Positions 55,179 through 64,000 of a DNA stretch of 64,000 bases are shown one piece after another. The DNA is from Candidatus Nanopelagicales bacterium (lineage in GTDB: Bacteria; Actinomycetota; Actinomycetes; S36-B12; UBA10799), in assembly GCA_037046735.1 (NCBI GenBank), contig JBAOHC010000021.1:110025-174024 (forward strand). Direction: 5' to 3'. The notes beneath the pieces were generated by a model that saw only the letters and a program-made list of their open reading frames with translations, was not told where the DNA came from and ran no database searches. The translations under genes and the position numbers were made by a program. Positions within the stretch are counted from its first letter, which is position 1, and each line of letters opens with the position of its first letter.

Positions 55179-56038
55179 GCGAACTCCCTTCCCGTCAGAG
55201 TCTCGTAGGCCGCGATGTACTTGGCGCGGGTGTGCGCCACCACGTCTTGCGGCAGCGCTGGCGGGGGCTCGTCGCCCGCTGGGTCCCAGCCGGATTCGTT
55301 TCGCAGCCAGTCACGCACGAACTGCTTGTCGAAACTCGGCGGCGCTGACCCCTCGACCCACGTCGTCGCCTCCCAGAACCGCGACGAGTCGGGGGTCAGC
55401 ACCTCATCGCCCAGCACGATGGAGCCGTCGGCGCGCACGCCGAACTCGAACTTGGTGTCGGCCACGATGATCCCGCGCTCCGCGGCGATCGAGCGTGCCC
55501 GATCGTAGATTGCCAGGGACATATCCCGGATCCGTTCGGCCCGTTGCTTGCCGACCCGCTCAACGGCCCCGGTGAAGTCAATGTTCTCGTCGTGATCCCC
55601 GATGGCGGCCTTCGTGGCTGGGGTGAAGACCGGCTCGGGCAGGCGCTGCGATTCCCGCAAGCCGGGCGGCAGGTCGATGCCGCATACAGCACCGGTCCTC
55701 TGGTAGTCGTTCCAGCCCGAACCGCTGAGGTACCCTCGTACAACACACTCGACAGCGAGCATGTCAAGGCGTTCGCAGATGACTGCGCGGCCAGCGACGG
55801 CATCGGGCACATCCGTGCTGATGATGTGATTGGGCACGAGGTCGTGCAGTTGGTCGAACCACCACAGCGACAGCTGGGTCAGTACGCGACCCTTGTCAGG
55901 AATCGGAGTGGGCAGAATCGCGTCGAAGGCGCTGATCCGGTCGGAGGCGACGAACAACAGCCGGTCGCCGTCGGTGTAGAGGTCGCGCACCTTGCCGGAA
56001 TAGACGTGCGTCCACCCGGGGATCGGATCAGTGCTCAC
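55175..56038 (-). CDS. purC: phosphoribosylaminoimidazole-succinocarboxamide synthase
   Basis: GTG start. YSGKVRDLY..., ASDRISAFD, ADTKFEFG, LTPDSSRFW. Confidence 0.95.
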   Translation of the reverse strand: MSTDPIPGWTHVYSGKVRDLYTDGDRLLFVASDRISAFDAILPTPIPDKGRVLTQLSLWWFDQLHDLVPNHIISTDVPDAVAGRAVICERLDMLAVECVVRGYLSGSGWNDYQRTGAVCGIDLPPGLRESQRLPEPVFTPATKAAIGDHDENIDFTGAVERVGKQRAERIRDMSLAIYDRARSIAAERGIIVADTKFEFGVRADGSIVLGDEVLTPDSSRFWEATTWVEGSAPPSFDKQFVRDWLRNESGWDPAGDEPPPALPQDVVAHTRAKYIAAYETLTGREFA

Positions 56039-56145
56039 TCGTTCACGCTAACGGGTCTGCTGTGCCCACGATCAGGCGTGTCCTGCGGCTGGGACGAAGA
56101 CACCCGACTTCGGCGCCGGATCCGGCTCTTTGGGGCACAGTGGTG

Positions 56146-56841
56146 ATGATGACCGCCAACCGTTTCGCCGCACTGGCCTGTGCTTTGTGGCTGGCCGCCG
56201 GTGCCCTCACCTTCTACATCGCGACCATTTCCGGCATCCCTGCTGTGGATCTCGCCTTGGCCCAACCGGCGCACGACCTGGCCGTGGCGAATCCCTGGCT
56301 GGTCTGGGTGGCACGGTTCTTCGCAGCGATGGGTTCGGGCTTCGTCCTCGCGCCTCTGACCGTGGGCGTTGTGGTCGCCTTGTGGCTGCGCGGACAGCGG
56401 TGGTGGGCGGTGTGGCTGGCAGCGGACGGGATCACCGGAATCGTCGTATCCCAGACGGTCAAACGTGTCGTCGACCGACAACGTCCCGCCTGGGACAACC
56501 CGCTGAACGAGTTGACCAGCCCGTCGTTCCCCAGCGGGCACAGCATGGCGGGGATCTACGGGTACCTGGCTTTCGGTGTCGTCGCGTGGTTCCTGGTCAA
56601 TCGCGCGTTCGGGACTGTGCTCATGGTCTTCGGTGTTCTGATGGGGCCCAGCCGGGTGTTCTTCGGGGTGCACTGGCCCACTGATGTCCTGGCGGGGTGG
56701 CTGTTCGCGGGTGCCTGCCTGTGCACCGTGACCGCCGTCTTGTGGTGGCGCTGGGGACCGCCTCCGACCGGGACGTCAGAGGTGCCCGTCGTGGGCGATA
56801 CGGCACCGCCTCTGGCAGCGAGCGGCGGGGCGCCCGACTGA
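56146..56841 (+). CDS. PAP2-family phosphatase (membrane)
   Basis: KRVVDRQRP, PSGHS, SRVFFGVHWPTDV (the three PAP2 motifs). The start could also be GTG 56143. Confidence 0.8.
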   Translation: MMTANRFAALACALWLAAGALTFYIATISGIPAVDLALAQPAHDLAVANPWLVWVARFFAAMGSGFVLAPLTVGVVVALWLRGQRWWAVWLAADGITGIVVSQTVKRVVDRQRPAWDNPLNELTSPSFPSGHSMAGIYGYLAFGVVAWFLVNRAFGTVLMVFGVLMGPSRVFFGVHWPTDVLAGWLFAGACLCTVTAVLWWRWGPPPTGTSEVPVVGDTAPPLAASGGAPD

Positions 56842-57084
56842 CCAATCGGTGACGGTGCTCGCTGACGATCCGACTCGAGGCAACCTCGCTGGTCGTGCAT
56901 CCGCTCGCCTGTGGGCGCGTCACCGCCTGCCCTCAACACCATGTTCACGTCCTTCCTGGGCGGATTGACGTTCTTCACATTGGTGGTGGCACACGCGACC
57001 TTCTGCATCGTGGTGGTGTTTGCGGCCAGCGTCACCTGGTTCCTCCCGGCGGTCGTCTGGGACGAACCCGGCCAACGGCTCAGG

Positions 57085-58498
57085 TCAGAGGATGGCCCCG
57101 GGACTGTAGTCGGCCGCTCGCGGATGCTCGGCAGCAAGAAGAGCCACCCGCTCAACCACCACACCCACCTGCGCCCGTGCCGCACCCGTGAACTCCAGCG
57201 GCTGCGCCATCAAGGCCTCCAAGTCGCCTAGATCAAGGGGCAAGCGGTCATCGGCGGCGAGGCGCTGCAGGAGTCCCGGATCCTTACCCGTGGTACGCAT
57301 GTCCAAGGCTGCGGCGACCGCGTTGTCCTTGATCACCTCGTGCGCGGTCTCTCGGCCCACCCCGCTGCGCACGGCGGCCATCAAGATCTTCGTGGTCGCC
57401 AGGAACGGCAGGTACTTGTGCAACTCGCGCTCCACGACGGCCTCGAAAACACCGAACTCATCGAGGACGGTGAGCATGGTCTCGAGCATCCCGTCGATCG
57501 CGAAGAACGCGTCGGGAAGCATGACCCGGCGCACCACCGAGCAGTACACGTCCCCCTCGTTCCACTGCGAGCCCGCGAGGTCTGAGGCCATCGTCTGGTA
57601 CCCGCGCAGGAGCACCATGAAGCCGTTGACCCGCTCGCACGAGCGCGTGTTCATCTTGTGCGGCATCGCGCTCGATCCCACTTGGCCCTGCTGGAAACCC
57701 TCTGTGACCAGGTCATGACCGGCCATCAGCCGGATCGTTGTGGCCAGACTCGACGGTCCGGCTGCCACCTGTAGCAACGCCGAGAGCACCTCATAGTCAA
57801 AACTGCGCGGGTAGATCTGCCCGACACTGGTGAGAACCCGTTCAAAGCCCAGATGCCCGGCCACGCGCCGCTCCAGCTGCGCCAGCGCCTCGGGCGACCC
57901 CAACAGATCGAGCATGTCCTGAGCAGTGCCCACTGGCCCCTTGATCCCGCGAAGCGGGTAGTCCTCCAGCAGGTGCTGCAACCGCTCGTAGGCGATCAGA
58001 ACCTCATCGGCGGCCGTGGCGAACCGCTTGCCCAGCGTCGTGGTCTGAGCGGCGACATTGTGCGATCGGCCGGTCAGTGCGACCTCGTTGTACTGCGCCG
58101 GCGAGATGCCCGAGTCGTGCCAGCAGGGCAACGGTCTTGTCACGCACCAGCAGCAGGGACTGCCGGATCTGCATCTGCTCCACGTTCTCGGTGAGGTCGC
58201 GGCTGGTCATGCCCTTGTGGATCTGTTCGTGGCCGGCCAACGCGCTGAACTCGTCGATGCGCGCCTTGACGTCGTGGCGGCTGATGCGCTCGCGCGCAGC
58301 GATGGAATCCAGGTCCACCTGATCGATGACCGCCCGGTAGTCGGCCAGCGCATCTGCGGGAACCTCCACCCCGAGGTCCGCCTGAGCCTGCAGCACGGCC
58401 AGCCACAGTTCCCGCTCAGCCACGATCTTGTTCTGCGCTGACCAGATGTGCTGCATCTGCGGGGACGCGTAGCGGTTCGCCAGGACGTTGGGGATCAT
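57085..58498 (-). pseudogene. purB: adenylosuccinate lyase PurB interrupted by a single-base frameshift (or assembly error)
   Basis: ORF 58004..58498 carries the N-terminus (MIPNVLANRYASPQMQHIW...LVRDKTVALLARLG). ORF 57085..58143 carries the rest (ISPAQYNEVALTGRSHNVAAQTTTLGKRFA...SSAMPHKMNTRSCERV...YSPGAIL). The frames differ by 1 and the total span is 1414 nt (3n+1). They join at a GGG run (plus-strand ccc 58109-58111). Confidence 0.85.
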
Positions 58499-59751
58499 CG
58501 ATCGGCCTTCCGGTGAGGGTGCTGGCTTGGCACGTTCTGCGCGATGTCGGTGCGGTAGTGCCCACCGGGCAGGTCGATGGTGCTCAGCACCGCGTACGCC
58601 TGCTCCCGCGCTTGGCTCAGGGTCTGCCCCGTGGCCACCACGTTGAGCACCCGGCCACCCGCGGACACGATCTGAGCGTCTCGCAGGGCCGTTCCGGCAT
58701 GCAGCACCCCCGGGTGGTCGGCGCCCGTGATCACATCACCGGTACGCGGCGACTGCGGGTATCCGTGGGCAGCCAGCACAACTGTCACAGCGGCCCCCTC
58801 CCGCCACTGCAGGGCTGGGTGCTCACCGAGGCGACCCGTGGCCGCGGCCAGCAGGAGACCGGCCAGCGGCGTCTCCAACAGCGCGAGCACCGCTTGCGTC
58901 TCAGGATCGCCGAAGCGCGCGTTGAACTCGACCACCTTGGGTCCTGAGCCGGTCAGCGCCAGCCCTACGTAGAGCACCCCCACGTAGGGGGTTCCGCGGC
59001 GGGCCATTTCAGCTATCGCTGGCCTGGCCACATGGTCCACGGTCCACTGCGCCAGATCGGGATCGGCCCACGGCAGCGGGCAGTAGGCGCCCATGCCGCC
59101 TGTATTGGGCCCGGTGTCGCCCTCGCCGACGCGTTTGAAGTCCTGGGCGGGCAACAACGCCACCACATCTGTGCCGTCACAGATGCAGAACACGCTGGCC
59201 TCCGGGCCGTCCAGGTACTCCTCGATCACCACCTGGCCGCCCTTGCCGAAGATCGCGTCGGCGTGCGCCATCGCGAGATCACGGTTCTCGGTGACCACGA
59301 CCCCCTTGCCCGCCGCGAGACCGTCGTCCTTGACCACATACGGAGGTCCGAAGCCGTCCAGCGCTGCTGCCAACTCGTGGGGGCTGCGCAGAGTCCGCGC
59401 GGCCGCCGTTGGGATCCCGGCCGCCAGCATCACCTGCTTGGCGAAGTCCTTGCTGCCTTCCAGCTGGGCGGCCGCGGCGGAAGGGCCGAACACCGGAACT
59501 CGCAACGGCGCGATCGCGTCCGCGGCCCCAGCGACCAGCGGCGCCTCCGGACCAATCACGACCAGGTCGAAGCCTGCGGCCAGACCGGCCACCGCTGCAG
59601 CGTCACCGACGTCGACCGGAACAGTGGTCACGACCCGTCCAATGCCAGCGTTGCCGGGGGCGGCCACCACCTCGCTCACGGCCGGGTCGGCCAACAGGGA
59701 AAGGACCAGAGCATGCTCCCGAGCACCGGAGCCGATCACCAATACGCGCAC
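58495..59751 (-). CDS. purD: phosphoribosylamine--glycine ligase
   Basis: MRVLVIGSGAREHAL..., ATP-grasp core, ...GPNTGGMGAY. ATGA overlap with the purB start. Confidence 0.95.
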   Translation of the reverse strand: MRVLVIGSGAREHALVLSLLADPAVSEVVAAPGNAGIGRVVTTVPVDVGDAAAVAGLAAGFDLVVIGPEAPLVAGAADAIAPLRVPVFGPSAAAAQLEGSKDFAKQVMLAAGIPTAAARTLRSPHELAAALDGFGPPYVVKDDGLAAGKGVVVTENRDLAMAHADAIFGKGGQVVIEEYLDGPEASVFCICDGTDVVALLPAQDFKRVGEGDTGPNTGGMGAYCPLPWADPDLAQWTVDHVARPAIAEMARRGTPYVGVLYVGLALTGSGPKVVEFNARFGDPETQAVLALLETPLAGLLLAAATGRLGEHPALQWREGAAVTVVLAAHGYPQSPRTGDVITGADHPGVLHAGTALRDAQIVSAGGRVLNVVATGQTLSQAREQAYAVLSTIDLPGGHYRTDIAQNVPSQHPHRKADR

Positions 59752-59796
59752 GCCTCCCAGGGTAGGCGCAGGCTCCTGTCCCCGGCGCCGCGCGGC

Positions 59797-61095
<1,299 letters not shown>

Positions 61096-61156
61096 CTATT
61101 GCCTGACCAGATTGCCTGACCAGAGCAACCTACCGCACGAACCGTCGCCGGGGACG

Positions 61157-62830
61157 TCAGCCGTGGGCGTCCTGCTGGTAGGCGGCCACCACCTCGTCGA
61201 AGTCCGCGAAGATCCGGTCCTGGGTGAAGTCCGCGGTGAGGCCCAGAGTCTTCATGCTGTGCAGCAGGGAGGGATCGGCGCCCATGATGCCGAAGTGCGC
61301 GGAATGGGCGTGGACATAGTCGATCAGACCCTTGACACTGATGGCCGCCGAATAGTCGATGTCGGTGACGCTCGAGCAGTCCAACACCAGCCATCGCACC
61401 GGGTCCGGCGCCGAGGAGAAGACCGCCTCGACGGCGTCGACGAAGCGGTTGGCGTTGGCGTAGAAGAGTTCGCTGTCGTACCTGAACACGATCAGCCCGG
61501 GCATCGTCTGGGCGCCTGGTTTGGCGCTGCCGAAGACTGGTGCGTCGGCGGCCTCTTTGATCACGAAGGACTTGGGGGTGTACTGGCGCTGGACCAGCCA
61601 GATGACACTCATCACGATCGCCAGAATGATGCCCTCCTCCACGCCGATCGCGCAGACCACCGCGGCCGTGACGATCGCGATGACTGCCTCACCACGGCGC
61701 TCCTGCCAGATCCGGCGCAGGCCCACGATGTCGACGAGGTCGATGCCGATGAGGAAGACGATGGCGCCCAGAACGGCCTTCGGCATGTCCGCGAGCAAGC
61801 TGGTCAGGAACAGCACCACGATGAGGACGACAGCGGACATGGTGATGTTGGCGACCTGCGTGCGGCCCTTGAGTTCGTCGAGAATCTGGGTCTTCGTGGG
61901 GCTGCCGTTGACCACGAACGTGCCGGACATCCCAGCCGCGAGGTTGGCGCCCGACAAACCGACGATGTCGCGGTTGACATCGACCTTCTGCCCATGGCGC
62001 ATGGCGAAGGACCGTGACGTGGCCGCTGACTGGGCGATGATGAGGATGAAACACGAGAAGGCCACCCCGACGCAGTCACCGAGGGCGGACATCTCGATGC
62101 CCTGCGGCCAGCCGAGGGGCGGGAAACCACCTTGTACCTCGCCCACCACGGCAACACCCTTGGCCGAGGCGTTGATGGCTGCCGAGACGATGATGGACAG
62201 TACGACCGCGACGATGGCCCCTGGAACGACTGGCAGGAACTTCTTGAAACCGAGGATGATGATCAGCGTTCCTGCCGCGAAGGCCGCTGTGAGCCAGTCG
62301 ATGGATCCCAGATTGGTGAGCAGGCTCCACTGCTGCTCCAGCCAGGAGCCGGTGCCCTTCGGGATCCCGAGCATGTCCGGCAGCTGACCGGTGAAGACCT
62401 GCACCCCGACACCGGTGAGGAAGCCGATGAGCACCGAGGCGCTGAGGAAGTCACCCAGGAATCCCAGCCGTGCGACCCGGGCTATCAGCAGCATCGCAGC
62501 ACAGAGGATCGCGATGAAGGAGGTGTACGCCAGCCACAGATCTGAGTAGGGGGTGAGCCCGGAGACCGTCATGCCGGCCAGCCCCGCCGCCAGGATGGCC
62601 GCGGTGGCGGAGTCGGCACCCACCACCAGCAGCCGCGACGATCCGAGCAACGCGAACAGCAGTGTCGGGAAGATGACGGTGTACAGGCCGGTGACGATGG
62701 GGGTCTGCGCGATGCTGGTGTAACCCATGGTCTCCGGAATGGCGACCGCTGCCAAGGTCAAGCCGGCGACGATATCGGCCCGCAGCCATGGTTTCTGATA
62801 CCCGCGCAGGGTGATCGGGACGAGGTTCAC
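61157..62830 (-). CDS. SulP-family anion transporter with C-terminal STAS domain
   Basis: GTG 62830 within ORF 61157..63013. LRADIVAGLTLAAVAIPETMGYTSIAQ... The STAS tail reads LIVFRYDSELFYANANRFVD...LVLDCSSVTDIDYSA. Confidence 0.85.
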   Translation of the reverse strand: MNLVPITLRGYQKPWLRADIVAGLTLAAVAIPETMGYTSIAQTPIVTGLYTVIFPTLLFALLGSSRLLVVGADSATAAILAAGLAGMTVSGLTPYSDLWLAYTSFIAILCAAMLLIARVARLGFLGDFLSASVLIGFLTGVGVQVFTGQLPDMLGIPKGTGSWLEQQWSLLTNLGSIDWLTAAFAAGTLIIILGFKKFLPVVPGAIVAVVLSIIVSAAINASAKGVAVVGEVQGGFPPLGWPQGIEMSALGDCVGVAFSCFILIIAQSAATSRSFAMRHGQKVDVNRDIVGLSGANLAAGMSGTFVVNGSPTKTQILDELKGRTQVANITMSAVVLIVVLFLTSLLADMPKAVLGAIVFLIGIDLVDIVGLRRIWQERRGEAVIAIVTAAVVCAIGVEEGIILAIVMSVIWLVQRQYTPKSFVIKEAADAPVFGSAKPGAQTMPGLIVFRYDSELFYANANRFVDAVEAVFSSAPDPVRWLVLDCSSVTDIDYSAAISVKGLIDYVHAHSAHFGIMGADPSLLHSMKTLGLTADFTQDRIFADFDEVVAAYQQDAHG

Positions 62831-62888
62831 GGGTGCGATTGAACCAGGGTGAGAAGGGCGAAGCCTCCCCCAGAGCGGAGGAAGATCG

Positions 62889-63287
62889 TCAGTGACGGCC
62901 TTCGGCGATGAACCGCCGGCCGCTGAGTTCTGTGGGTTCGATGACCACGTACCGATTCTTGGGTGCCGTGTTCCAGGGGAACAGCGGCAGTCCCTCCGCA
63001 GAGTCCATCTCATCGTCGTGGGTCAGCACGCGCCCCAGACCTGCCATGACCACCGACCAGGCTTCGTTGGAGTCCTCGTTGTACCCATCGATCTCGAACG
63101 CCACTTCGTGGTGGGCCATGACGGAGGCCAGCTTGCTGCCCTCCGCCGTCTTGAAGTAGATCTCGCCCTCATGGACCACGTAGTTGATGGGGAAGATGTC
63201 AACCCGCCCCCCTACGACCGTCGCGAGCCGGCCGATCTGATTGGCCGCCAGCAATTCCCAGCACTGCTCATCGGAGAGAACATCCAT
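62889..63287 (-). CDS. pyridoxamine 5'-phosphate oxidase-family (FMN/F420-binding split-barrel) protein
   Basis: Internal ATG 63287. MDVLSDEQCWELLAANQIGRLATVVGGRVDIFPINYVVHEGEIYFKTAEGSKL. Confidence 0.8.
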   Translation of the reverse strand: MDVLSDEQCWELLAANQIGRLATVVGGRVDIFPINYVVHEGEIYFKTAEGSKLASVMAHHEVAFEIDGYNEDSNEAWSVVMAGLGRVLTHDDEMDSAEGLPLFPWNTAPKNRYVVIEPTELSGRRFIAEGRH

Positions 63288-63450
63288 ACCCGCATCCTTC
63301 CACGACCCGGTCCTGCCGGGCAGGTTGATCGTCGGGTTTGCGCCGATGGGAAGAATTTTCAGGCGTGGTGGATAGCGCCTTCTGGTGGCACTGCTGTTCT
63401 TCGTGGCAATCATTGCTGCGAAGTGACGGCAGCGGTTGGAGACCGAACTG

Positions 63451-63923
63451 CGGACTATTCCGGGGTTGTTACCCCGAAACACGGACTATTCCGGGGTTGT
63501 TGCCCCGAGAGACCGCAGAAACGGCCAACGACGTCGGAAAAGTGGCCCGCCGAAGTCGGTCGGGAGGGTCCGTTTACCCAGCGACGCAGGACACGACGAG
63601 CCTCAGCCCCACCACGGACTATTCCCGGGTTGTTGCCCCGAACCACGAACTATTCCGGGGTTGTTACCCCGAAACACCGCGAGAACGGCCAACAACATCG
63701 GAAAAGTAACGGCCGAAGTCGGCCGAGGAGCGTCCGTTCACACCCGCGACGCAGCGAACCCCCAGGACACGACGAACCTCACACCCACCACGGACTATTC
63801 CCGGGTTGTTGCCCCGAAACACCGCAAGAAAGGCAAACGACCCGGGAAAAGTGGCCCCGAGGGCTGCGGCAAAGGACCGCGGTCAAGCGGTCCTCTCGTC
63901 CGGCCGTCGCCGCGGACACGACA
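63451..63923. repeat. three-unit tandem array (about 165-175 bp units) built around a 30-nt hairpin motif present 5 times
   Basis: The motif CGGACTATTCCGGGGTTGTT(A/G)CCCCGAAAC starts at 63451, 63482, 63615, 63646 and 63791. Each unit continues ..accgc.aga.acggccaac.ac.tcggaaaagt..ggacacgac..cccacca. The sequence between motifs is homologous between units. Confidence 0.85.
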
Positions 63924-63953
63924 GATCCCCGGCCCCACCAGGGACCGGGGATC
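63924..63953 (-). terminator. GC-rich stem-loop, probable terminator of a minus-strand gene entering from the right edge
   Basis: gatccccggcccc / acca / gggaccggggatc forms a 13-bp stem with one C.A mismatch and a tetraloop. One minus-strand frame has a TAA at 63966..63964, just upstream in that orientation. No convincing U-tract. Confidence 0.4.
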
Positions 63954-64000
63954 CGACGAGTCCTTAGGCCCTCGTCCCAGCGCTGCGCAGGTCGTTGCAC

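Noticed and set aside
63451-63820. A CRISPR-like look: a 30-nt repeat occurring five times
   Set aside because: Repeat spacing is irregular (1 nt, about 105 nt, 2 nt, about 115 nt). The intervening sequences are homologous to each other, so they are higher-order tandem units rather than unique spacers. No cas genes are present in the window.

Overview
This is a visibly GC-rich stretch of Actinomycetota chromosome. All family names below come from motifs I recognised by eye; no searches were run. The ORF track carries many long antisense and out-of-frame ORFs typical of high-GC DNA, and I discarded most of them using motifs, third-position GC, and start/stop coupling.

Right two-thirds (about 36-63 kb): this is the conserved purine-biosynthesis neighbourhood, all on the minus strand. 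It runs purM-purF ... purL-purQ ... purS ... purC ... purB-purD-purA, with the DUF3073, BldC, sterol-carrier and GNAT neighbours also seen around M. tuberculosis Rv0772-Rv0810. Interspersed genes include a malic enzyme, Trk K+ uptake genes, a secreted Vgb-like propeller, USP/GNAT/deazaflavin-oxidoreductase inserts, galE, PAP2 and SulP. purB carries a single-base frameshift.

Left third: this part looks more accessory.
- An ECF sigma factor with a membrane partner.
- An AttH-like protein and two FUSC-like membrane proteins.
- A VapBC toxin-antitoxin pair, plus decayed AraC and lamin-tail-domain gene fragments.
- A tightly coupled operon of a MoxR-type AAA+ ATPase, a VWA-DUF2201 protein and an orphan protein. 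This is my best candidate for an uncharacterised system.
- A 1694-aa PFOR-like enzyme coupled to a fused NfnB/NfnA-like reductase.
- A HipA-like kinase paired with DUF3037.
- A cutinase-VWA exoprotein, DrrAB-like ABC exporter, Rpf-like transglycosylase, GGT and thioredoxin.

Non-coding structure:
- Three copies of a 135-136 bp element bounded by 13-nt terminal inverted repeats (CACATCTGGTTG core).
- A three-unit tandem array of about 170 bp at the right edge, built around a 30-nt hairpin motif. It is not a CRISPR array.

I could not support any rRNA, tRNA, transposase, integrase or CRISPR call.
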